Below are positions 1 through 11,449 of a stretch of 64,000 nucleotides of DNA, piece after piece. Below the pieces are notes generated by a model. That model saw nothing but the letters and a program-made list of their open reading frames with translations. It had not been told where the DNA came from and searched no databases. Origin of the DNA: Selaginella moellendorffii (taxonomy: Eukaryota; Plantae; Lycopodiophyta); assembly GCF_000143415.4 (NCBI RefSeq), contig NW_003314409.1:62001-126000 (forward strand), in the 5' to 3' direction. Position numbers and translations under genes: made by a program. Each line of letters opens with the position of its first letter. Position 1 is the stretch's first letter.

Positions 1-1392
1 ATTTGAGAGTGGTAGCCATTCCTATATGAGGTGAGTGAAGTATTTATTAGAAATACCTCATTCAATTGTGCACTTCTAAGTCTTGGTCCACTTAGTACTG
101 TTTGCATGTTTTTATTTTAATTCTTTATCTAAAATGTTATTTAGCATGTGGCTTCATGCCATTGCTCTCCACAATCATGCATTGAATTTCTATCCTTGCA
201 TAATACTTCTCCATATATATAGCATGTGCGCACATGTGATATGGTTCATTAGGCCTGATATAGTGTGTGAGGTAAAACAAAGATGATGTGACATATGCAT
301 TTACCAATCACACGTGCATAAATCTAATAATATGGCGTGTGGCCTATATTAATGGCACATAAACCCATATTGTGGGCTTACGTGCTTTATGTACCATCAT
401 TCCCTTGCAGCGTGTGTGTTGGTTTCCTTTTATAACACAACGAACTCCATATTTTAGGGTGAAGAGCGTTCTCATGGCAAGCACAAAATCTGTAAGTGAG
501 GCAGAAAAGGAGACGAAGAAGGAGATAGGTGAAGATGTAGAATATATAAGTCTTCCAAACTCCCCGTACTATACTCCAGGTGATCATTTTTCTGAACAAA
601 CGGCAACATTAACAACTATCGAGAACGCTCCAGTAACGTCAGAGACAACAATCCAAAGCAAAACAACTGACCCGGAGAAGGATGATAGTACCGCTGAGAG
701 TACCAAAAAGGAGGTGTCCACTAGCGCTTAGGCTTATAATGGCGTGTGCCCTCATGCCATTTACTTGATCACCAAATACCTTTTTCCCTTTGCACTAGTA
801 TATCTTAATACCGGTCTGAGAAATAGAATGGCATGTGCCCTCAGGCCTTTTACTAAATCACCTTTGAAAGAAATGCAAGCCTCTATGTCGTAAAAAAAAG
901 GTACTAGAGAAATTCCTTAATAATATGAATGTTATTTAGTTTCATGAAAATACACTAAGGGTCAAATGAGTTAAATGACTTCTCCAGACTAGCAATGCCT
1001 CTTGCTACACCTTCACAATTAGATTCGTTAGAAAAAGATAACATTGAATAATATCTAAATGTTCTCACCATTAAGTTATATGTCTGGCTAATAGGATTGA
1101 CGTTCATCTTGGAAAGCTCACCACACGCTCAATGAACAAACAAATAGTGTGTGCGCGCATGCCATCGCTCTTCTTTAGCTTCAGATTCGGCTTGTTCACC
1201 TTGACAATGAGATTTATTATACAACCAGATGGACTCAGTCTGGACATAAAGTCACCGCGCTAGTCACCATGCCCCAGATATGTCTAGCCCCTGGACAAAA
1301 AACATATAATTTCACGTCATTTTCAAATACTTGAAAATTTGTACCTAGTCCCATTTTACTGAATAAATCCCACTTTAACGAAATAGAGCATA
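1..1392 (-). mobile_element. Left end of a second, inverted copy of the TIR element at 30370-40958 (continues beyond the window start)
   Basis: 1-1392 is the reverse complement of 30370-31761 (paired ORFs 83..286/31476..31679 and 372..731/31031..31390 give identical translations). Identity stops just outside the TIR (...CCCACTTTAACGAAATAGAGCATA), where the flanks differ. Confidence 0.9.
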
Positions 1393-2869
1393 GTTGAGCT
1401 CTCCAACAATCTTGACGTGCGGATGCGTGCAAACTGCTCCTTGAGCCAAGACCATTTCTCCAGGAGATAACTTATGCTACAACACTCTCCGCTTGACGAT
1501 CTCAATGTGGAAAGATCCACAAAGCTGTCCCACTCATCATAGTTGTAGAAGAAATCATCCTCATACTGCATCTGCAACCTTGCTCGATCCGCCATCACAA
1601 GCTTCTCCCTCATCTTGATCAGCTCACACTTGAGGCGGCAAAACAAGTCCAGGTCCTGAGGAACAACAATGGAATACACCTTTCCCGGGTACCTGTCTCG
1701 AAACCTGTGAAAGTACAGTGGACGATGTGGTGTTTCAGATCGCAGCGGAATGATAACTTGATGAAAGCAACAAAACCATCGAGCTCGCTCTTTGGGGATC
1801 AATTACCATTTCCTCCTTTGAAGCAATGAGCAGCAGGCCTTGATCGCATCCAGAAGTACTAGAGATAGTCTGAAAAAGCAAGTTTGACACCAGTTATTTT
1901 GGCACACAGAAGAAAAATAAACTCAAGTTTCAAAATTTATAGAGATCCATACAATCCAAATCAAGATCAATCCTCCACGAATTTAATACCGCTTTCAGCA
2001 CCTCCATGCTCTGCCGAAAAACGTAGCCACGGTATGCCACAATCGTTCACTTGAAAATCTGAAGATGTCAATCGAAGCATGCAAGCAAAAACATGAAGTA
2101 AAGAAGCGCAGGTGGACAACAAAGGAGATGAACTGAGCGAGGCCAAGAACACATATAAGGACTGACTGTAAGCACGTGAGGCCTCGCACAGTTTTTTCCT
2201 CCGTGCGTGGCTTCATATGCGAAAGAGTTTGGTGTGGTAAGGTATGTTGCGGAGCAGCCAGAAGCCCAGGGTGAATATAAGTACGTGAGGCCTTGTGAGG
2301 TTTTACCACTGCCCAAGGACTCCTGTGCATGGGCCCCGGGCGAGAGTCATTTGCAAAAGTGTTCTGCATGAAACTGGTGCCCTGAGGCTTCTGGCCGCGT
2401 CGCCCCATGAAGAGCATTTTTTATTTAATTTGTGTAGAGTGTGGTTTATTTTTGCATATTGAGTGTATCGATATCTTTTAGTTAGCAGATTATATTGAAG
2501 AACTGTAGACTACCTACAGTTAAGTGCATGGAGCAACAGATCATATAAAAAATGAATGCAGAGAATAACAAATCGGGATTTCTAGGAAGTTCGTGCGTGT
2601 TGTTAGTAATAATAATAATAATCATAAAAACCTGATGTTCAGCCAGTTAGAAGATTGTCTGAAAATTATGCATGTACTGATTCTTCAGCTCTTGAGCAAC
2701 TGATTGCTGCTGGCTCACTTTCTATATATATCAAAGAGATTTTTTTTAAACAATAAACATCTAAGCTGCTGCAGTTAAGCTGTGACATTGTAAAGTTTAA
2801 AAAGAAAAAGAAGAAAAAACAGAAAACACGAGCGTTTTACTACTACAGTTAAATCGGGATTTCTAGGGT

Positions 2870-5800
2870 ATGCGTGCGGCGCTAGGGTTTGTGTGGTGTG
2901 TGTCATTTCTCAACAATCTCATGGAGTGGAAAACGTTTTTCAGGGATCCCACTTTCTGGTGGGACAACAGGTTCAAGAAGAAAAACAAGTTCTTCTCAGA
3001 GTCCTACCTGGATTTCAAACATGTTTCTACCGGAGAGAGCCTGTGGATCGCCAACAGGAAAACACCAACCTGGGTCTCAGCAAAACTCGAGTCGCTCGCT
3101 GACCCAGCTGTAGGTAAGGCCACCACGGCCCGCTACAAATCTCCACATACCCCACCTGTAGCTGGCGATGAACGGGTGAGTTTAGGGAGGCTGATACACC
3201 GCGTGAGAGACTCAGCTGAGAGCAGATCCCTTTCTTTGGGAAAACAAGCCCATGAAGCTGTGCTCAAGAGTGATGAGCACAAAAGCAACATCTACTTGTT
3301 GACGGGATTGATCGATATGTACTGCAAGTGTGGCGAGCTTGAGGAGGCTCGCAAGATTTTCGACTCCATGGGAACCCGGAGTGTTGTGTCCTACAACGCG
3401 ATCATCCAGGGCTGCGGCTCGAACGGGCAAGCTGAACTTGCTCTGGAGTACTACTCTGCCCTGAGAGCTTGTACCACCATTCAACCCAACGATCGGACAC
3501 ATGTTGCGGTGATCAGCGCCTGCTCCAGACTTGCTACCGAATCCAGCGAGAAGAGGGAGAGAGCTCTACGCATCGGGATGGAGATCCATTCAATGCTGAG
3601 CAAGGAGAAGAAACAGCTAGATCTGTTCGTGGCGACTTGCCTGGTAGACATGTACTGCAAGTGTGGCGAGCTTGAGGAGGCTCGCAAGATTTTCCACTCC
3701 ATGGGAACTCGGAGTGTTGTGTCCTACAATGCGATCATCCAGGGCTGCAACACGAACGGGCGAGCTGAACTTGCTCTGGAGTACTACTCTGCCCTGAGAG
3801 CTTGTACCACCATTCAACCCAACGATCGGACTCATGTCGCGGTGATCAGCGCCTGCTCCAGACTTGCTACCGAATCCAGCGAGAAGAGGGAGAGAGCTCT
3901 ACGCATTGGGATGGAGATCCATTCAATGCTGAGCAAGGAGAAGAAGCAGGTAGATCTGTTCGTGGCGACTTGCCTGGTAGACATGTACTGCAAGTGTGGC
4001 GAGCTTGAGGAGGCTCGCAAGATTTTCCACTCCATGGGAACTCGGAGTGTTGTGTCCTACAACGCGATCATCCAGGGCTGCGGCTCGAACGGGCAAGCTG
4101 AACTTGCTCTGGAGTACTACTCTGCCCTGAGAGCTGATAACACCATTCAACCCGACGATCGGACACATGTCGCGGTGATCAGCGCCTGCTCCACACTTGC
4201 TACCGAATCCAGCAAGAAGAGGGAGAGAGCTCTACGCATCGGGATGGAAGTCCATTCAGTACTGAGCAAGGAGAAGAAACATCTAGGTCTGTACATGGCG
4301 ACTTGCCTGGTAGACATGTACTGCAAGTGTGGCGAGCTTGAGGAGGCTCGCAAGATTTTCCACTCCATGGGAACTCGGAGTGTTGTGTCCTACACCGCGA
4401 TCATCCAGGGCTGCAACACGAACGGGCGAGCTGAACTTGCTCTGGAGTACTACTCTGCCCTGAGAGCTGATAACACCATTCAACCCGACGATTGGACTCA
4501 TGTCGTGGTGATCAGCGCCTGCTCCACACTTGCTACCGAATCCAGCGAGAAGAGGGAGAAAGCTCTACGCATTGGGATGGAGATCCATTCAATGCTGAGC
4601 AAGGAGAAGAAACAGCTAGATCTGTTCGTGGCGACTTGCCTGGTAGACATGTACTGCAAATGTGGCGAGCTTGAGGAGGCTCGCAAGATTTTCCACTCCA
4701 TGGGAACTCGGAGTGTTGTGTCCTACACCGCGATCATCCAGGGCTGCAACACGAACGGGCGAGCTGAACTTGCTCTGGAGTACTACTCTGCCCTGAGAGC
4801 TGATAACACCATTCAAGCTAATGCTTGCACCTACACCTGCGTCCTTGTTGCTTGCGGGAGTGTGATGGCGACCAAGCTCGGGAGGGAGATTCACCAGCTG
4901 GTGAAGCATAAAGGGCTGCTGAAAAACAATCCAGTTCTGGGCTCCAGCCTGGTGAGCTTCTACGGCAAATGCGGTGATGTTGATTCTGCTCAGGAAGCGT
5001 TTGACGAGTGCCGAGCTCGGGACAACACGGGTCTCTGGAACTCTCTCATACAGGCTTACACTCTCCAGGGCCGATCGATCGAGGCCTTGGAGCGTTTCTA
5101 TTCCATGACTCAGGAGGAGGGCTGTAAAGCTGACGATGTGAGTTTTGTCTCGGTGTTGAACGCTTGCAGCCATGGTGGTCTGGTCGGGAAAGGAAGGCAG
5201 CTTCTGGATGAAATGCCCAAGCAGTATGGAGTCAAGCCACGTCTGGAGCATTATGTGTGCCTGATCGATATGCTCGGGCGAGCTAACCTCCTTGACGAAG
5301 CTGTGAGAGTTCTCAGAGCCATGCCTTTTGAACCGGATGCAGTGGTTTGGACGTCCCTGCTCGGAGCCTGCCGGAAGTGGAAGAATTACACGATCGGCAA
5401 ACTCGCGTTTGAGCGTCTTGTGGAGATGGATCCCAAGAGCGGCACGCCCTACGCATTGATGGCCAATATATTTGGAAACCTGGGGATGCTCAGTGAAAGG
5501 GCCGCTGTGGAGAGAATGAGAGGTGAAGGCAGCTTCAGGGAGCCCGGGAGAAGCTGGTGGACGGATGTTAGCTCAGGAAAAGTGCATTCTTTTTCTGTCG
5601 GGGATAGGAGTCACTCACAGAGCGACGAGATTGTGGCCAAGCTCAAGCAATTGTTGCTGAGAATGAAAGAGGAGGGGTACGTGAGCGATGTGATCAATGT
5701 TCTAAAAGACATACCCGATGAAGAGAAAGAGGATCACCTGTGCGGCCACAGTGAGAAGCTTGCGCTGGGGTGTGCTCTGGTGAACTCGCACCAGAAGGAA

Positions 5801-5956
5801 ACCATCAGAATTGTGAAAAATCTCCGAGTTTGTGACGATTGCCATGCGGCCACTGCTCTCATCTCTAAGCTGGAAAAAAGGCTAATCATCTGCAAAGATG
5901 CCAGTCGGGTTCATGTGTTCCAGGATGGCAGATGTTCCTGTGACAACTACTTTTGA
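2870..5956 (+). CDS. PLS-class PPR protein with E and DYW cytidine-deaminase domain (putative organellar RNA editing factor); N-terminal OSB-type PDF-like motif
   Basis: Intronless 1028-aa ORF. P-L-S triplets (LVDMYCKCGELEEARKIF, VVSYNAII), E motif (PDAVVWTSLLGAC), PG box EPGRSWW, HSEKLA and CDDCH Zn ligands, C-terminus CSCDNYF. Confidence 0.95.
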   Translation: MRAALGFVWCVSFLNNLMEWKTFFRDPTFWWDNRFKKKNKFFSESYLDFKHVSTGESLWIANRKTPTWVSAKLESLADPAVGKATTARYKSPHTPPVAGDERVSLGRLIHRVRDSAESRSLSLGKQAHEAVLKSDEHKSNIYLLTGLIDMYCKCGELEEARKIFDSMGTRSVVSYNAIIQGCGSNGQAELALEYYSALRACTTIQPNDRTHVAVISACSRLATESSEKRERALRIGMEIHSMLSKEKKQLDLFVATCLVDMYCKCGELEEARKIFHSMGTRSVVSYNAIIQGCNTNGRAELALEYYSALRACTTIQPNDRTHVAVISACSRLATESSEKRERALRIGMEIHSMLSKEKKQVDLFVATCLVDMYCKCGELEEARKIFHSMGTRSVVSYNAIIQGCGSNGQAELALEYYSALRADNTIQPDDRTHVAVISACSTLATESSKKRERALRIGMEVHSVLSKEKKHLGLYMATCLVDMYCKCGELEEARKIFHSMGTRSVVSYTAIIQGCNTNGRAELALEYYSALRADNTIQPDDWTHVVVISACSTLATESSEKREKALRIGMEIHSMLSKEKKQLDLFVATCLVDMYCKCGELEEARKIFHSMGTRSVVSYTAIIQGCNTNGRAELALEYYSALRADNTIQANACTYTCVLVACGSVMATKLGREIHQLVKHKGLLKNNPVLGSSLVSFYGKCGDVDSAQEAFDECRARDNTGLWNSLIQAYTLQGRSIEALERFYSMTQEEGCKADDVSFVSVLNACSHGGLVGKGRQLLDEMPKQYGVKPRLEHYVCLIDMLGRANLLDEAVRVLRAMPFEPDAVVWTSLLGACRKWKNYTIGKLAFERLVEMDPKSGTPYALMANIFGNLGMLSERAAVERMRGEGSFREPGRSWWTDVSSGKVHSFSVGDRSHSQSDEIVAKLKQLLLRMKEEGYVSDVINVLKDIPDEEKEDHLCGHSEKLALGCALVNSHQKETIRIVKNLRVCDDCHAATALISKLEKRLIICKDASRVHVFQDGRCSCDNYF
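3317..4815 (+). repeat. Coding tandem repeat, 333-bp (111-aa PLS triplet) unit, about 4.5 near-identical copies
   Basis: ATGTACTGCAA(G/A)TGTGGCGAGCTTGAGGAGG recurs at 3317, 3650, 3983, 4316 and 4649. Confidence 0.97.
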
Positions 5957-7138
5957 AAACATGTCAGTGCTCTTTCCCTGGTTTTAAACCCTCCGTGAGT
6001 CAAGCAGAAACATGGGCCGCTGAGTGAGCATACCTCGTCAAAGTACCGCCGTCAACTTGAACTTCACGGAGAAAAAGTTAACATTTAAAAGTTAAAACTA
6101 TGCAAAAGGAGGATGACATGTTGTCTTAAATTTAAATTTCTTTTTGGTAGCAGAATCGGGGAATGCTGACTAAACCTGCCAACAGGTGCGCCCAGATTCA
6201 GATAATAAGCCTTAGTATGAAGACTTGCTGGTACCAAACTCTTTGCTGATAGCAAGTACCGCCTCATGTTCCGGGAGCAAGGAGATCACAGCTTGCGGCA
6301 TGACCAACTTTGGGTTTGTGCTCCTAGAGCACGTTGAAGACGTGTGGAAGCTGGTGATGACGGCATTTGTTTCTTGCGACATCACCAGTTCCTCAGCGAT
6401 GTCTTCCTTCCAGATTTTTTGAGCTTGTCGCTGCTTGCTCTCTCCTGTGACGACTTCTTCCAGCCTCTGGTGCCCAACCTCAAGACTCTGTTGTGGATGG
6501 AGCGAGCCTTACACAGTGTGTGTGTGTGTGTGTATCAACCAGCAGATGCACAAATCGTTGAGAATCATAGGCTTAGTATGTAGTGTACTAGTGTACATGT
6601 ACATGTGTTTCACAGCAGTGGACAAGGTATGATACAATGAAAAAGGTAAAGTCAGGTATTTGTTTAACGGCCTCTTGGAGCAAATATGGCCTCATGACAA
6701 CCCATTACAACCCAGGATGAAAACTCCACATCAAAGCTTAAGGCAGCATCACTTGTGATCGCCTTCATCTTGCTTTAAACTGAAGTTATCGAGGTTCGTG
6801 ATTGGATAATGCTTGATGGTGCTGAGACTCAAATCATCTTTGTTATGGAAACAACCCCATCACCTCAAGGTATTGTTTTTTATCCCCATAATAGTGGCGC
6901 ACTGTTTCCATGTATAGTTCCCGAGGAGGTCCCAGTTCCCAGGATGGCCTTCGGTAAAAGGTTCAGGACGATACATCAGAGAGGGAAATACACTGAACTG
7001 GATCCTAAGGTTCAACTGGGAGAATGCTCTGCAATACACTAGTTTGGGGAGTACCTATATCTGATCTTATATAGGATCCGGCTCAGTTATCCTGGGAAGG
7101 TAATGAGTTCAGTGTGTCTTTTTTATGTACAGGTCTAA

Positions 7139-7356
7139 NNNNNNNNNNNNNNNNNNNNNNNNNNNNNNNNNNNNNNNNNNNNNNNNNNNNNNNNNNNNNN
7201 NNNNNNNNNNNNNNNNNNNNNNNNNNNNNNNNNNNNNNNNNNNNNNNNNNNNNNNNNNNNNNNNNNNNNNNNNNNNNNNNNNNNNNNNNNNNNNNNNNNN
7301 NNNNNNNNNNNNNNNNNNNNNNNNNNNNNNNNNNNNNNNNNNNNNNNNNNNNNNNN
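7139..7356. other. Assembly gap (218 N)
   Basis: Run of N characters. Confidence 1.
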
Positions 7357-8649
7357 TCACATGCAAATTTGCAGTTGGTATTTGGCTCTTTGATCAGAGA
7401 CCTAGGTCCAGAATCAGCTGGTTCATCACGAAATATGGTGACATTTTTCCCTCTGCTCCAACTATGATGAACAGTAGCTGAGGAGAGAGAAGCTAGCAAA
7501 GCATCCCGCTAACAAAACCACTAGCTGTCTCACGTGACACAACACCTCCAGCCATCAACGGGGTCAGAAAAGAAAGAAAGGATAGGAGCAAGTGACTATT
7601 TCTCCTCTTCCTCTGGAATGCATCCAAGTCATACTCAAAATTAGGAAACAACATCATCCTCAGCTTCCCATGTAGCATCATATGGAGAATAACCATTCCA
7701 CTGAACAAGAGTTGCTACACAATACCATCTACACTAACTAACCCTAACCGAACTCAAATAGATATAATTTTCTGCATTGCACTATGCAACAATGTTTGGT
7801 TTGCTTTGATATTGTCAATTTTTACATAAATAAAAAATTTATATGATGTACTCATTTTAATACATTTTTTTATTCATATGTACTTCTTGTTTATCTCTCA
7901 AAGAGTTCAATTAATGTTTTTTTTATCAATTTTATTCTTCCTATGGCAAGCTTAAAGCAAATAGTGAAGAATATAAGGAAGAAGTCCTACACTCTTGCAA
8001 TACTAAAATCTTGCAAACTTTCCTTTGAGAACATTATTACTAGTCAAAAAGTTCACTTTTTTTTAGTAGTCTGATGTGTTTGTCTTTATAGCATGTCCAT
8101 AAACAGAAAACAAGGAACTTTTTACTTGCTCCTCATAGTAGAGTATCACAGTGATAGAAGAAGTTTGAGCTTCTTCTCCATGCAATGGGCAACAATATAA
8201 TCAAGTGGCTGTAGTGATTGATACAACAGTTCTCCTGGATCTTGCTTGTCAGGCTGGCGTGGCTAAGACACTGATAAAGGTAAGTTATGCAAAGATTTAA
8301 TAAGGTTTTGCTGGATTGTCCTTACTGGGCTTACAGTTAGATCATGGGTGATCAGGAGCTCACAGTTTTGCACAAGATTTGATCAAACATGTTTCTTGCT
8401 TGAGCTAGGATTTTTGATCTGCCATGGGTTGTGATCAATGCATTCACAAAAGGTGCCGGAATGAAATCCAACAGCTTAAGCACTTTCAAAAGACACCCAT
8501 TCTAGGCATTTGCAGTGATCATTGCATTCCAAGAGACCAAAGTCCTCTTGCTCAAAACTTCCTGCTATGCTCATGATCACATTTCCAAGATTGAGCTCCA
8601 TGTTTCTAGAATTCTTCTGTGAATCGTCACTTCTTTCTCATACTGCACA

Positions 8650-10820
8650 GGTCACAAATCACCCAAGAAATCGCCTCATGGAGGCTGCAACACTCAATAG
8701 TTCTAGGACTGGCAAACAAGCCCTGTCCCATGGACAGCCACTGCTCCTTACGTGGGAATGTGCACATTACAGAGGTTCGTTTCTGTTTTCCAGTCTGTCT
8801 TTTAACTCCTCAAATGTCTTGATCATTATGAAGAAGGGAACCCATTGAGAAAATACAGTGTTGGGCAGACTGTTCGAGCTAAAATCCTTTCAAAACGCAA
8901 AACCAGCAGAAAGCACAGAAATGCTGCCACTTTGGATTTATCTCTACGTCTGCAGGTCTGTATGGTGGCCCTTTGAATTAGCTTACTTATCATGACTTGC
9001 AGGAAACGATGCTGCATGCTCAGTGATTACTTTTGAGACCGTAACCATTGAACAGTCGGTTATCAGATACGTTCAAGAAGTAAAGGACAACTGGGCATGG
9101 CTAGTCCTCTCACCCCATCTTAAAGGCTGCCTTTTTATACTGGACACGTCTGACGATCCCTCGGAGCTTGAACGTTTTTTAAAGAGCACTTCAAAGTCGG
9201 TGACCTGTCAGTTGCCATATAAGAAGTGTTAACCACGAAAGGAAGCAAGTGGATTTGTCTCTACACCCGAAAGCAAGTGACGAACAATTCAAGAAAGGCG
9301 ACCTGTTAGGCCGACGAATCACACGAGTTTTTGCTGGTGTTGGCGGACATACTGTGCAAGGCAGATGGGAAAGTTTCGGAAAAGTTCATGTAACGATACA
9401 TGGATTGATGACCCAGCCAGTTTATTTACAGAGGGACAGTTCGTAAGGTGCAGGGTCTTGGATTTAAAACGACCAGGGAGGGGAAAGATGGGCTTGGAAC
9501 TTTCAGTAAGTTGGTGGACGTGGTGGTTTTGAGTCCCTTCCGAGCTATCAAACACTACTTCCGCATTAAATTTTTTTGACTCTGCATCCAATGCTCGTAT
9601 TGTCAATTCCGTGTTGGAACTTAAGCAAGATATGAAGTGCAAGTAAGCAGAAACCTTGCATGCTGTGGACGTGACTTGTTTTTGTGTTGCAGGGTTTTGT
9701 CAAGAATGGACGGAGAAAGGTTTCACTTGAAGCTAGAATTCAACTGAAGAACCTATCGAACTCGTTTGTACAAAACCCTGCAGAAATGTTTCCACCAGGC
9801 AAGGTGATATCGGGAAGGTATGAACTTTTCTCCGTATGGAAGTGTTTGCTGATATCTTCTTCTTCGTCAGAATTTTAAGCATCGAGCCATTGTCTGGGCA
9901 CATTGAAATGTCTTTGACGGCAACAACGTCACAAGATTCAAGTGGCTGGAAGAAGTTTGGTGCTGGAGAGATCGTTAGTGGCCGCATACACAACATTGAA
10001 GCATTTAGGATCTTCATCAGCCTTGCCGAGAGCGATGTGGTAAGCTCTCTCTCTATCTTGGTTTCAAGTTCTTAGTCTGTGCTCCAGGTTGCTTGTGTCA
10101 TGTCTCTGAAGTGTTTTACGATTTTATTCAAGACTTGTCAACACTTTACAAAGTCGGCCAATGGGTTCAAGTAAAGATTCTAAAGGTGAGAACAAAAGCT
10201 TTAGTAAAACCACAGGGTTATGATTTCCCTCTAGGAAACCAAACGTATATCTCTTGGAATGAAAGCGTCATATCTGACCCCTGAGGATGGCATCGAGACG
10301 ATGGAGGAAGAAGCTATAAATGAAGAGCCTTCGAACACTAATGTGCTCATGGATAATGATGAGAGGGAGCATCAAAACGATGCCCACAGCTATGCATGTC
10401 GATCCACTCTCAACAAAGACGTTGAGGATACAGTGCCAATTGACTTGAAAGAGCAGAGTTACTTCTTGTTTATATTTACTCTTCTCATGTCCTGCTTCTC
10501 AACAGGGAGGCTGCAGCAAAAGAGAAGTTATTACAGAAGGACCAGCCTCCAGAGACCAAGGACGACTTTGAAAGGCTTGTAGCAGCGTCACCAAATAGTA
10601 GCTACGTGTGAATCAAATGCATGGCTTATTGGTTGTGTCTTGTGGACCTGGACAAGGTGCGAGCAGTGGCTGAAAGGTAACACTCTACTCGCATTTGATT
10701 CTATTTTTCTTTAGGTGTTACAATCCAAGCTTTTTTTTATAGGGCATTGGAAAAGATAATTTATTGAGAAGAAATGGAAAAGATGAACATATGGATGGCT
10801 TATCTCAACCTAGAGAATTC
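8650..10820 (+). pseudogene. RRP5: RRP5 (rRNA biogenesis protein, S1 repeats plus HAT/TPR C-terminus) fragment with frameshifts and stops, ending just before an LTR retrotransposon
   Basis: Spliced pieces give S1-domain motifs (GNVHITE, LEARIQLKNLSNSFVQNPAEMFPPGKVISGR, GEIVSGRIHNIEAF, LCHVSEV) and the HAT start PETKDDFERLVAASPNSSYV*IK...RAVAERAL...NIWMAYLNLEN. Boundaries approximate. Confidence 0.8.
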
Positions 10821-11449
10821 TCTTCTAGCATTTGAAGAGCAAATGGCAATTACTTTAGGTGGTTATAATGATCATGGAAACTACTATAGTAAGCATGCTT
10901 GTGTTTGGGGATGGAGATCAAGGGTATGGTAGAAGATAATGTTGGGGATATATTGTGGCAATTTGTTATTGACCACGTGGTCAAGGTCGGTCAAAGGGAG
11001 GCTCAAGGGCATGTTAGGGTAAGAAACTTAAACACAAAGGAGCTTTTGAGGTAGTTTGGGGGTGGTAGTGAGGAACCTCAAAAAGAGGTGTAATCTAGTC
11101 TAGGAAGACTAAATCGTTGATTTTTATGTTGGGTCATAACATTAGTATAAAAGGCATTGGTTGTGATGGCTGACCAAGCTGAACACTGAAATTCTATTGT
11201 CAATGGTAGTGCCGATGATAGTGTTAATGGAGTTGCAGAGGTTTGGACCATAGAAGATATTGTGCACAAGCTGCAACCTTGCGTAAGCATGTTGAGGCAC
11301 TCGAAACTGGTTATGGTGGCACTCCAAATAAGCCTTTCTTGGCAAATCAACTTAAGATTACCTTTTTTGGTGATGATGGTGTGTATGAGTGTCTAATTTA
11401 GCTAGCCAATATGAAGAAGTTCTTGGCTGCTAGAGGAATTCTAGATGCA

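Noticed and set aside
3212-5251. Repeated antisense and alternate-frame ORFs inside PPR genes (also 24-25 kb and 44-50 kb)
   Set aside because: Shadow ORFs of GC-rich, repeated coding sequence.
7083-7499. ORFs spanning the N run
   Set aside because: Artefacts of the assembly gap.
6000-7740. Possible minus-strand gene fragments
   Set aside because: Short, stop-interrupted frames with no recognisable motif; cannot support a call.
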